Shown here in pieces: positions 47,335 through 58,499 of a DNA stretch of 64,000 nucleotides. Location: NCBI GenBank assembly GCA_963980215.1, contig CAXBYZ010000002.1, forward strand, positions 1,726 through 65,725. The letters are read 5' to 3'. The DNA comes from an uncultured bacterium (GTDB lineage: Bacteria > Patescibacteriota > Microgenomatia > UBA1400 > CG1-02-47-37). Numbering within the stretch: the stretch's first letter is position 1; each line of letters opens with the position of its first letter. The notes beneath the pieces were generated by a model. That model saw only the letters and a program-made list of their open reading frames with translations, searched no databases and was not told where the DNA came from. A program made the position numbers and the translations under genes.

Positions 47335-47973
47335 TTAATACACTGATATCTCATCTTTTATCTCTTCATACACATTAGCTTTTACTATTTTTCGAGTCAG
47401 CAGTTCATCAATCGACCCATACGGTCTTCCTTCTACAATCTTCTTGGCCGTGGCCTCACCCACTCCCCAAAGAGTATCTAAGTTAGAGATGCTTGCTGAA
47501 TTTATATTAATCTTATCAGTCAAGGACGTTCCTTTGCTTTGCAAGGGTGCGTCCTTACTGGATTCACCTTCAAATGGTATATACAGTTTCTGCCCATCCA
47601 CCACTTTTTGAGCTAAATTCAAGTTCTTGCTCACCCAATTATTGTCCGCTTTATCAGAAAAACCACCAGCCAACACTAAAACATCATTAATCCTTGAGTC
47701 AGACTTCAACGAATACACCCCCGGTTTCTCGACCGCTCCACCCACATCCACAAAAACCTCACCCGACCCCCTCGTCTCTTCATCTACCAACATCACTTCT
47801 ACCCCTGAACTCACACTCTTGTTTGCAATCAACACAGCAGACAACACCCCGACACCCAATAAAAACACCCCCAACAAGCCCACGCTCACCAAATACGGTC
47901 TCTTTTTCGCCTTTTCCACCCAATCAACTCCACCACCTTCATTACCCAACAAACCTTCAAGCTCTTCGCTCAT
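47335..47973 (-). CDS. comEA: ComEA-like DNA-binding competence protein (HhH)
   Basis: An N-terminal TM anchor and a C-terminal IDINSASISNLDTLWGVGEATAKKIV...YGSIDEL helix-hairpin-helix. Confidence 0.6.
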   Translation of the reverse strand: MSEELEGLLGNEGGGVDWVEKAKKRPYLVSVGLLGVFLLGVGVLSAVLIANKSVSSGVEVMLVDEETRGSGEVFVDVGGAVEKPGVYSLKSDSRINDVLVLAGGFSDKADNNWVSKNLNLAQKVVDGQKLYIPFEGESSKDAPLQSKGTSLTDKININSASISNLDTLWGVGEATAKKIVEGRPYGSIDELLTRKIVKANVYEEIKDEISVY

Positions 47974-48021
47974 ATTACTATATTAAGTCCCTCGACCCAA
48001 TCCAGTCAAGCTCATTTTTTC

Positions 48022-48051
48022 TTGACAACATGTGTATACACATGTTACCAT
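48022..48051 (+). promoter_or_regulatory. Candidate sigma70-type promoter with an embedded 18-bp perfect palindrome (ACATGTGTATACACATGT) directly upstream of the vapB-like gene
   Basis: TTGACA (48022-48027), an 18-nt spacer formed entirely by the palindrome, then TACCAT. The start codon follows at 48058. Confidence 0.4.
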
Positions 48052-48057
48052 CTATCT

Positions 48058-48297
48058 ATGTTAACTAAAAGAGCTCAAATTTTATTCGAACCCGAAACTT
48101 GGCAAATCCTCCAGCAGGTTGCTACTGCCAAAAACATCTCCACCAGCGAACTTATCAGGCAAACACTTGAAAAAACTCACAAAGCCGGACCTGCTTCCAA
48201 CAAAGCTCTCCAGGCTCATAAAACTATTCTAAAAACTAGAATCTCTAGCAAAAACATAGATTACAAAGCTTTAATTGAACATGGCCGAAAATACTAA
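48058..48297 (+). CDS. Ribbon-helix-helix (VapB/CopG-like) antitoxin
   Basis: MLTKRAQILFEPETWQILQQVATAKNISTSELIRQTLE, a typical RHH N-terminus. The start is refined to the ATG at 48058. Confidence 0.5.
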   Translation: MLTKRAQILFEPETWQILQQVATAKNISTSELIRQTLEKTHKAGPASNKALQAHKTILKTRISSKNIDYKALIEHGRKY

Positions 48298-48676
48298 ACC
48301 TAATTCTGTCGTTGACGCTTCTTTTGTTTTAAATTACCTATTCCCTGACGAAAAAATGCCTGCAGGTGATAATATTTTTAAAAACGCCACCAAAAATAAT
48401 CACCACTTAATTTCCACCACTCTCCTCCCTTACGAAGTAATTAACGGACTTAAATCAGCCGTTCTACGAAAACGGCACCCCGAAAACAAAGCTAAAATCT
48501 TAGCCAAAAACTTTCAAAATCTACCCATAAAACTAGTCGCCCCCAACATATCTTCTTGCTTATCTCTTGCCCTCAAACACCAGCTCTCCGTCTACGACGC
48601 CTCTTATCTCCAACTTGCTATAGAAAAAAACTGCCCCCTCCTCACCCTTGACAAAAAGCTAAACCAATTGACCTAA
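48275..48676 (+). CDS. PIN-domain (VapC-like) toxin
   Basis: An N-terminal VVDASFVL, a central E, and C-terminal YDASYLQLA plus LLTLDKKL acidic motifs. It overlaps the vapB-like gene. Confidence 0.55.
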   Translation: MNMAENTKPNSVVDASFVLNYLFPDEKMPAGDNIFKNATKNNHHLISTTLLPYEVINGLKSAVLRKRHPENKAKILAKNFQNLPIKLVAPNISSCLSLALKHQLSVYDASYLQLAIEKNCPLLTLDKKLNQLT

Positions 48677-48686
48677 ACCTTAACTT

Positions 48687-50042
48687 ATGCTATCCTATAG
48701 CATGTTAAAAAAGGTTCCCTTCCCTCAAGTTCACCAACAAATCGAAAACATAGTCAAAAAATACTCGCTGACCCTCAGCGAATCTCAACGCAGTCAAATC
48801 GCCCTCCTCTCTGGCCAACTTCAAAACTGGATATCTCCCCTTACCAAAATCATTGCCAAAAATCCCAACCACACTCTTGACAGTCTCTTAAAACTTCCTC
48901 AGATCAACCAACTCTGCCAAGATTTGTTTTCCCTTATCCCTCAAGACCAGTGGTTTTATCTAGTTAACCCCAAATCAAACACCAAAAGTCCCTACTCTCC
49001 TCTCTTTACTCACTGGCTCAAACACCAACCCCTAACCGAAAAATTTAAACTCTGTCAAGCCACTCTCACCGCTTCAGAGGCCAAAATTACCCGCCTCCTT
49101 CACCAAAAACTTGGCCTGATCTGTTCCCGAGACGAGATTGCCCAAAGTTTGTGGGGTCAAAATTGGATGGAAAAATACTCCGACTGGTGCATCGACACTC
49201 TCATTCATCACCTTAAAACCAAGCTTAATCAATCTTGGAAGCTCACCACCATTAGAAATCGAGGCTACCTTCTCTCCCCATCTTCTTCGGTTGTTCCTCC
49301 CAAAACCCCAACCAATTCCGTTCCCGGCACTCGCCCCACCAAAGTTTATCTAGACTACATGAACAACCCCAACAATATTCGTCAAACCATCAAAGACTTA
49401 CTTTCCGCCACCGATCAAGCCCACTTGACCTCAAATCTTATCACTTACCTTAAAAAAGACCCCCAACCGTCTATTCTAGCCATCAACTCCTACTCTTATG
49501 ACAATGTTGACAGTCTCCACTCTTTTACCAAAAATATATTAAAAAACCCTCCCTCAATCTACTTCACCAATTCCGACGATCGCGCCCTTGAACTCCACCG
49601 CAATCGAGCCTCCAAACTTAATCTTCATCACCTAGTCACCCTCTATGACGATATCCGCCACTCTCGACTTCAAACCCAATCTCTTTCTATAGTCATCAAT
49701 GACTTTCGTCTCAACTTTAACATCACCAACAAGCAAAACCAACAAGCCATGAAGCACACTCATCGGATCTTAAAGCCAAAAGGTTATGTCTTGATCTCGG
49801 TGGTAATAGATAATCGCTATGAATCAGCTCGGTACGGCACCAACCAACAAAAAGCACCCCTAAACCACCACAAACCCTGGACTTTCAAAGCCCAAGAAAA
49901 TCTAGAACGACACTGCTTTACCGTTCCCTACTACCAGGAATTATTTAAAAAAGCCGGCTTTAAAGTTGTTAAACAGTTTGACACCAAAGCAGGCAAAGCC
50001 TGGCAACCCGCCTTTAGGCGTTTCTTCCTCCAAAAAATCTAA
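48687..50042 (+). CDS. OmpR/PhoB-type winged-helix domain fused to a class I SAM-dependent methyltransferase
   Basis: Residues ~100-190 (LTASEAKITRLLHQKLGLICSRDEIAQSLWG...DTLIHHLKTKL...TIRNRGYLL) match trans_reg_C. The C-terminal third (HRILKPKGYVLISVV) looks like a methyltransferase. Confidence 0.4.
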   Translation: MLSYSMLKKVPFPQVHQQIENIVKKYSLTLSESQRSQIALLSGQLQNWISPLTKIIAKNPNHTLDSLLKLPQINQLCQDLFSLIPQDQWFYLVNPKSNTKSPYSPLFTHWLKHQPLTEKFKLCQATLTASEAKITRLLHQKLGLICSRDEIAQSLWGQNWMEKYSDWCIDTLIHHLKTKLNQSWKLTTIRNRGYLLSPSSSVVPPKTPTNSVPGTRPTKVYLDYMNNPNNIRQTIKDLLSATDQAHLTSNLITYLKKDPQPSILAINSYSYDNVDSLHSFTKNILKNPPSIYFTNSDDRALELHRNRASKLNLHHLVTLYDDIRHSRLQTQSLSIVINDFRLNFNITNKQNQQAMKHTHRILKPKGYVLISVVIDNRYESARYGTNQQKAPLNHHKPWTFKAQENLERHCFTVPYYQELFKKAGFKVVKQFDTKAGKAWQPAFRRFFLQKI

Positions 50043-50154
50043 TCAACTTCCCCACCACATTTTTTCCTCAAGTCAATATTTACTACAGGGCGTAATTTAT
50101 TAAGTTTCAATTCAAATAATACTAATAAATATCTGATACTATTTACTTTATAAT

Positions 50155-50373
50155 ATGACAAAAGTTGAACAACAAATCTCTCAGATAGAATTTGTAACCA
50201 GTATTATAGAGGCGGAAAATTCTCTACTGGAACAAATGCTCAATAGACGCGCAGATGCCATAAATAGATATGCTAAATCACTAACACCAACTTCCTTGCA
50301 TAGAAAAAGCATAGCAGGAAAGCAAGCAGAAGGTTCACCACGCCCCTGGGGTGATGGTTTAGGTCCTACTTAA
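50155..50373 (+). CDS. Small hypothetical protein
   Basis: An ORF preceded by a copy of a ~40-bp direct repeat. Confidence 0.2.
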   Translation: MTKVEQQISQIEFVTSIIEAENSLLEQMLNRRADAINRYAKSLTPTSLHRKSIAGKQAEGSPRPWGDGLGPT

Positions 50374-51099
50374 CAACACACCACCATATAATCAAACAGC
50401 TCCCCTAATCTCTCCCTCTCATTCAACGGCACAAACACCTAATCCCCCACACCCTCCCTCACAAAATAAAATTTACCAAAATGTACTACATCTTAGCAAA
50501 TTTATTTGACAAAATGTATATTTATCCAATCATCCTCACATCTTCTACCTCTCTTTAGGCACAACACCCATAAAAGATCTATTTTCAGTTGTCAAAATTC
50601 TTGGTTTAAGTAAGTTATTGTATTGCTAAAAACACGATTTTAGGTTGTAATATCAGGTAAAAAAGGAGAACCTTTATTGGTCTTTCCACCTTAGTGAAAG
50701 CTACTCAGCCTTGGAGTCTGATCTGGTTAAATTGATTGAATTATTAGAGGGAAAGGGAAACTACCCGGTAAGGGCCGTCAGTGATTGGAAAGGAGTGAAA
50801 GACTCTCCTACCAAAAAGAAGCCCGCCACAAACAAACTAATTAATCACAGAGGCATGAAACCACAACAACAAATATCTTTTCTTCGTTGGTACTTTACCT
50901 TTAGTCGGGTTAAAAACAAGCAAGATCTGAGAAAACTATGGGTCTATTGGAAAGCCGTCAATAATTCTGTTTAGCAACACAAAAGGTTACTTAAACTAAA
51001 GTTCCGAACCTTCCTCTAAAATCTCTTTACTACAGGACGTAGATTATTAAGTCTCAATTCAAGTTTCTATAGACTATAGCAGTTAAAATTCCCGGTAAT

Positions 51100-52143
51100 A
51101 TGACCGAAGTTACTCAACCACAATCTAATGAACCGATTGCTGGCTTAACGACCGAAGCTGTAAAGAGAATAAAAGGAGAAGAGCTTGATCCTAACGGCAT
51201 AGTTGAGTTATTTCAGGAACCAGCATATGCTGGTATTCCTCCTCTAGATGTATGGGCTCAAGTAGGTAATTTGGATCTAGCTCTACTAACAATAGACAAT
51301 ATTCAGCTCATTAGAAATATAGGTAATCAAATCCTAAAAGAATCTCAATCAGACACTAGTTTAGACTCAAATGCTTTAGATGCTTTAACTATAATAGCTG
51401 AAAGAGTTTCAAAAATTGGAGATTTTGTACTTGAATCTACATTTCAACCAATAGATGTAATTGGTATGTGTAAGGATATTGATCTTGAAACGCCAGATAC
51501 AATTCTCGATGAATTTAGAAAGCTTCCGAACATCATACAAGAAGAAGAATTATATATTTGGGCAACAGCTTCAAAAATTCCTCTTTCCAGTATTTCCTTC
51601 CCCAATCTAATCTTCTTAATTCAGATCGGAGCTAGAATTAATGGTTTAGAAAACCCAGAACAAGCAATCAAAAAACCTGAATTAGATGGACTTGTTGTTC
51701 TTACAGGGGAACTCAATGAACGAATCACAAGTCTGACTATTGAACAAACAGAAACTCCCAACGCCAATCTCACTCCAAATGAGATAGCTACTTTACTAGA
51801 TGAAGTAAAAACAACAATTTCTGGAAAAAAACTTCACCCTAACCAAGTCGTTAAATTATTCAAAAAAAAAGAAAGTAAGTTTTCTAATCTTCCCGCCATT
51901 AATGTTTGGAGTCAATTGGAAAATCTTTCCCCAGAAGATCTTAGTCTAGAAAACGCTCAATATATGAGTGAATTAGGAGTAAGAGCTATGAGTATAATTA
52001 CTAATAATATCCCTCGATCAGAATTATCTTCACAAGCTAAAGAATTAGTAGAAAAAATAGGAAAAAAAGTAAATAGTATTACCAATGCAATAGTTATAAA
52101 AAACAGTGACATGCAAAAAAATCAACCTCACCCCGCCACCTAA
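51100..52143 (+). CDS. Hypothetical protein with an internal duplication
   Basis: LDPNGIVELFQEP...PPLDVWAQVGNL and LHPNQVVKLFKKK...PAINVWSQLENL are repeated modules. It is preceded by the second copy of the direct repeat. Confidence 0.4.
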   Translation: MTEVTQPQSNEPIAGLTTEAVKRIKGEELDPNGIVELFQEPAYAGIPPLDVWAQVGNLDLALLTIDNIQLIRNIGNQILKESQSDTSLDSNALDALTIIAERVSKIGDFVLESTFQPIDVIGMCKDIDLETPDTILDEFRKLPNIIQEEELYIWATASKIPLSSISFPNLIFLIQIGARINGLENPEQAIKKPELDGLVVLTGELNERITSLTIEQTETPNANLTPNEIATLLDEVKTTISGKKLHPNQVVKLFKKKESKFSNLPAINVWSQLENLSPEDLSLENAQYMSELGVRAMSIITNNIPRSELSSQAKELVEKIGKKVNSITNAIVIKNSDMQKNQPHPAT

Positions 52144-52276
52144 CCTATTGCTCAACTACCCCCCTCCAACTTCTTCTCCAAATACACCACAATATAATCA
52201 AACAACTCAACACATATTTACAGATGACACATTCCACCTATTTTAGGTGGTTTGTATCACCGTATTACCAGCCAAA

Positions 52277-54763
52277 TTACCCCACCACCAAATTCACCAA
52301 TTTCCCCGGCACAAAAATCTCTTTCACAATCTTTTTATCCCCCACAAACTTCTTGACCGCCTCTACTTCTCTAGCTAACTTCAACACCTTCTCTTTATCC
52401 CCGCTCTCCTCTTTACTTATCTCCAGTTGTCCCCTTAATTTACCATTCACCTGGACCACTACAGTCACTTGATCCGACTCAATCAACTTAGCATCATACT
52501 TTGGCCACAACTGCTGATGAATTGAACCTTCACCCCCTAGTTTTGCCCAAACTTCTTCGCTCATGTACGGCGCCATTGGGGCCAATAACTTCACCAGTCT
52601 CATCCCATCCTCACTACTTAAAACCTCCCCCTTCTCCCGCCACACATTCACACACTCCATCATTGAAGCTATAGCTGTGTTATAACTAAATCTCTCCATA
52701 TCCTCGCCCACTTTTTTAATGGTTTGCTCTAATTTTTTTAGTAACTTCTCACTGGTTTTAACCCCCATTTTTCCCTCAAACAAGAGCCACAATCTGTTCA
52801 AAAACTTGCTTATTCCCACCATCCCCGTATCTCGAAAATCCCCACCTTGTTTATAAGGCCCAATAAACATCAAGTACATCCGCAAAGCATCGGCCCCATA
52901 CCTACTCAAGTACTCATCCGGATTGACAATATTACCTTTACTCTTACTCATCTTAGTACCGTCTTTAATAATCAAACCATGACCAAACAAAAATGGGAAC
53001 GGCTCTTCAAAATCAATCATCCCCCAATCTTTTAACGCCATAGTTACAAACCGTGCATACATCAAGTGTAAAACCGCATGTTCGGCTCCGCCAATATAGG
53101 CATCCACCGGTAGCCACTTCTTGACGATTTCATCGTCAAACGGCCATTTCTCCATCACACTCCCGGAGTGTGAACTTCTTTCACTCCGGGAGTGTAAAAT
53201 ACTCGGATACCTTAAAAAATACCAACTGCTGTCCAAAAAAGTGTCAGATACATCCGTCTCCCTCTTAGCTTTACCACCACACTTAGGACAGTCAGTATAT
53301 AACCAGCTCTCGTCCGCCTTCTCCAAAGGTGACTTGCCATCCCCGGTCGGCTTGTAATCTTGTACCTCCGGCAACCTCACCGGCAAGTTCTCCAACTTCT
53401 CGGGCACAAAACCACACTTCTCACACTCGATCATCGGAATCGGTGGCCCCCAGTAACGCTGACGCGAAATACACCAATCCCGCAATCGGTAGCTCACCAC
53501 CCGTTTCCCCCAACCTTTTTCCTCAAAATAATCCATTATCTTTTCTGTTGCCTTGTGAATATCCATTCCATCCAAAAACTCAGAGTTTATCATCGTCCCC
53601 TCATCCTCTTGGACCTGCTCCACCTTAGTTATCTCACTCTTATCACCATCACTAGCCACTACCACCCTAATCACCTCTAAATTAAACTCTTTTGCAAACT
53701 CAAAGTCCCGCTCATCGTGCCCCGGTACTCCGACTACCGCCCCGGTTCCCACATGGCCCAAAACAAAATCTGTCACAAAAATCGGCATCTCTCGACCAGT
53801 TAAATCATTAATCGCCACCAATCCGGTATCCACTCCCGTCTTCTTTTTCCCTTCGGCAATCCTATCTATCTCACTCTTCTTTAATGCCTTCTTCACATAC
53901 TCTTCCACCGCTTTTTTATCTTTCACTTTAATTTCACCAGCAATCATCTTCTTGACCAACTCATGCTCGGGTCCCACCACCACAAACGTCGCCCCAAAAT
54001 TCGTATCCGGCCTAGTCGTAAAACATTTCACACACACTGGTTCCGAACCAGTGTGTAAACCTTTAATTTGGTATGATATATCAACCCCTGTCTTCCTCCC
54101 AATCCAGTTCTTCTGGGCAATCTTGATCTTCTCTGGCCAATCAATCTTGTCAATGTTATCCAGTAATCTCTGAGCGTACTCGGTAATCTTAAAAAACCAC
54201 TGAAACGTTTCCTTTTTGGTCGTCTCGGTCTTGCACCGCTCACACTGCCCTGCTTCCACTTGCTCATCGGACAGCACTGTCATACATGACGGACACCAAT
54301 TCACCAAGGATTTTTTTCGATAAGCCAACCCCTTCTCAAACATCTTCACAAACAACCACTGGGTCCACTTGTAATACTCCGGATCGTAAGTTTCCAGTCG
54401 ATTATCCCAAGAAAACCGATTACCAATTTTTAACAACTGCTCGTAAAAATGTTTCTGGCTAATCTTGGCCTGTTCCGCCGGGTGCTTACCAATCTTAATG
54501 GCATAGTTCTCGCTGTGTATCCCAAAGCCATCCAAACCAATCGGCTCAAACACATCGTACCCTTGCATCGCCTTAAACCGCCCATAAAAATCCGCCCCGG
54601 TAAAGGCATACATGTTACCTACATGAAGTCCCTCAGCACTAGGATAGGGAAACATCATTAGGTTATAAAAAGGCTTCTTAGCTTTATCTAAATCCACCTT
54701 ATACGTCCCCTGTTCTCGCCAGGTTTTATTCCACTTCTCCTCAATTTTTTTATGATCAAAACT
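52277..54763 (-). CDS. leuS: Leucine--tRNA ligase
   Basis: HVGNMYAF (the HIGH region), KMSKSKGN (KMSKS), a CP1 editing region and FTTRPDT. The start is refined to MSFDHKKIEEKW. It contains the in-frame element at 54033-54057. Confidence 0.9.
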   Translation of the reverse strand, partial: SFDHKKIEEKWNKTWREQGTYKVDLDKAKKPFYNLMMFPYPSAEGLHVGNMYAFTGADFYGRFKAMQGYDVFEPIGLDGFGIHSENYAIKIGKHPAEQAKISQKHFYEQLLKIGNRFSWDNRLETYDPEYYKWTQWLFVKMFEKGLAYRKKSLVNWCPSCMTVLSDEQVEAGQCERCKTETTKKETFQWFFKITEYAQRLLDNIDKIDWPEKIKIAQKNWIGRKTGVDISYQIKGLHTGSEPVCVKCFTTRPDTNFGATFVVVGPEHELVKKMIAGEIKVKDKKAVEEYVKKALKKSEIDRIAEGKKKTGVDTGLVAINDLTGREMPIFVTDFVLGHVGTGAVVGVPGHDERDFEFAKEFNLEVIRVVVASDGDKSEITKVEQVQEDEGTMINSEFLDGMDIHKATEKIMDYFEEKGWGKRVVSYRLRDWCISRQRYWGPPIPMIECEKCGFVPEKLENLPVRLPEVQDYKPTGDGKSPLEKADESWLYTDCPKCGGKAKRETDVSDTFLDSSWYFLRYPSILHSRSERSSHSGSVMEKWPFDDEIVKKWLPVDAYIGGAEHAVLHLMYARFVTMALKDWGMIDFEEPFPFLFGHGLIIKDGTKMSKSKGNIVNPDEYLSRYGADALRMYLMFIGPYKQGGDFRDTGMVGISKFLNRLWLLFEGKMGVKTSEKLLKKLEQTIKKVGEDMERFSYNTAIASMMECVNVWREKGEVLSSEDGMRLVKLLAPMAPYMSEEVWAKLGGEGSIHQQLWPKYDAKLIESDQVTVVVQVNGKLRGQLEISKEESGDKEKVLKLAREVEAVKKFVGDKKIVKEIFVPGKLVNLVVG
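54033..54057. repeat. 25-bp palindrome ACACACTGGTTCCGAACCAGTGTGT in frame inside leuS
   Basis: Encodes the same HTGSEPVC peptide on either strand. Confidence 0.8.
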
Positions 54764-54856
54764 CATACCTGTTAGTATACCAAACAAAACTATATCCCCA
54801 CAAACACAAAAAAACTTGACTTTTTCTACATTCAATGTAATAATAGTCTATACTAA

Positions 54857-56017
54857 ATGAACATTCGACACCTAGATAACTCCATCAGTTCTCACTTTGA
54901 CACCTATCGTCAAGCTATAATTTTACTCGGAGCTCGTCAAGTTGGTAAAACCACTTTACTAAAAAAACTCTTTCCCAAAGCTCACTATCTTCTCCTTGAC
55001 AACCAACACACCAAGCAAGTTCTAGAAAGTTATGATATCAATACCTACCGTCAAATATTGGGCCAACACAAAGTTGTCATTCTAGATGAACTTCACCTAC
55101 TTACCAATCCCGGTAGAGCTGTCAAAATCATCTACGACCAACTCCCCTCTATTAAGCTTGTTGTCACTGGCTCATCCTCTTTTCACATCAAAAATAAAAC
55201 TTCTGAAAGTATGGCCGGCCGAAAAATAGACTACCACCTATACCCGCTTACTTTTTCAGAATACTTAGTTCAAACCAAAGTTGAATCATCTTTAAATACC
55301 CGTCTCCTTGACCATCTGATTCAGAATTCCCCACCTTCCATTCACAGCTACTCTCCATCAGAAATTGCCAGCAACGCCATGGTATTCGGTCTCTACCCGG
55401 AGATAATTAATCTTCCTCAAAACACTACCTACCTTTCCAACTTAGCCGACTCTGCCATCTTCAAAGACATTCTTGAATTAAATTTAATCGATAATCAAAC
55501 CAAAGCCAAACAACTCCTAAAACTTCTAGCTCACCAAATTGGCAATCTCATTAATTATTCAGAATTAAGCAATAAACTTGGGCTTGACCAACGTACTGTT
55601 AAAAAATATATCGAAATTTTTGAGCAAAGTTTCATTGTTTACAGACTATATCCCTACTCCACTAGAACTCGTAATGAACTTACCAAAACTCCAAAAATCT
55701 ACTTCTGGGATCTTGGTCTAAGAAATGCAATTATCAACAACTTTGAACCCATAACCCTCAGGCCAGACGCCGGCGCTCTCTTTGAAAACTTTATTATCAC
55801 CGAAATTCACAAACTTAATATCTATACCAGCGCCAACTATAAACTTCACTATTGGCGCACCAAGGCCGGAGCCGAAATAGATTTGGTATTAACGAAAAAT
55901 AACAACCTTTATGCTTGTGAAATAAAACTAACTAATGGTCGCCTCACCCCCGCTTTCAAATCTCGCTATCCTGACGCCAAAACCAAACTCATCAATCTCA
56001 ATAACTTTTATCCTTAA
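54857..56017 (+). CDS. AAA ATPase with a C-terminal DUF4143 domain
   Basis: The Walker A motif LGARQVGKTTLL, VVILDELH and a DUF4143-like C-terminus. It is a paralog of 43932-45110. Confidence 0.6.
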   Translation: MNIRHLDNSISSHFDTYRQAIILLGARQVGKTTLLKKLFPKAHYLLLDNQHTKQVLESYDINTYRQILGQHKVVILDELHLLTNPGRAVKIIYDQLPSIKLVVTGSSSFHIKNKTSESMAGRKIDYHLYPLTFSEYLVQTKVESSLNTRLLDHLIQNSPPSIHSYSPSEIASNAMVFGLYPEIINLPQNTTYLSNLADSAIFKDILELNLIDNQTKAKQLLKLLAHQIGNLINYSELSNKLGLDQRTVKKYIEIFEQSFIVYRLYPYSTRTRNELTKTPKIYFWDLGLRNAIINNFEPITLRPDAGALFENFIITEIHKLNIYTSANYKLHYWRTKAGAEIDLVLTKNNNLYACEIKLTNGRLTPAFKSRYPDAKTKLINLNNFYP

Positions 56018-56018
56018 A

Positions 56019-58488
<2,470 letters not shown>

Positions 58489-58499
<11 letters not shown>

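Noticed and set aside
50400-50700. Possible promoter/operator (repeated CAAAATGTA with a TTGACA) and the TTG-start ORF at 50711-50974
   Set aside because: The region is AT-rich with weak, ambiguous signals. The ORF is short, starts with TTG and has no motif; it is kept only as low-confidence.
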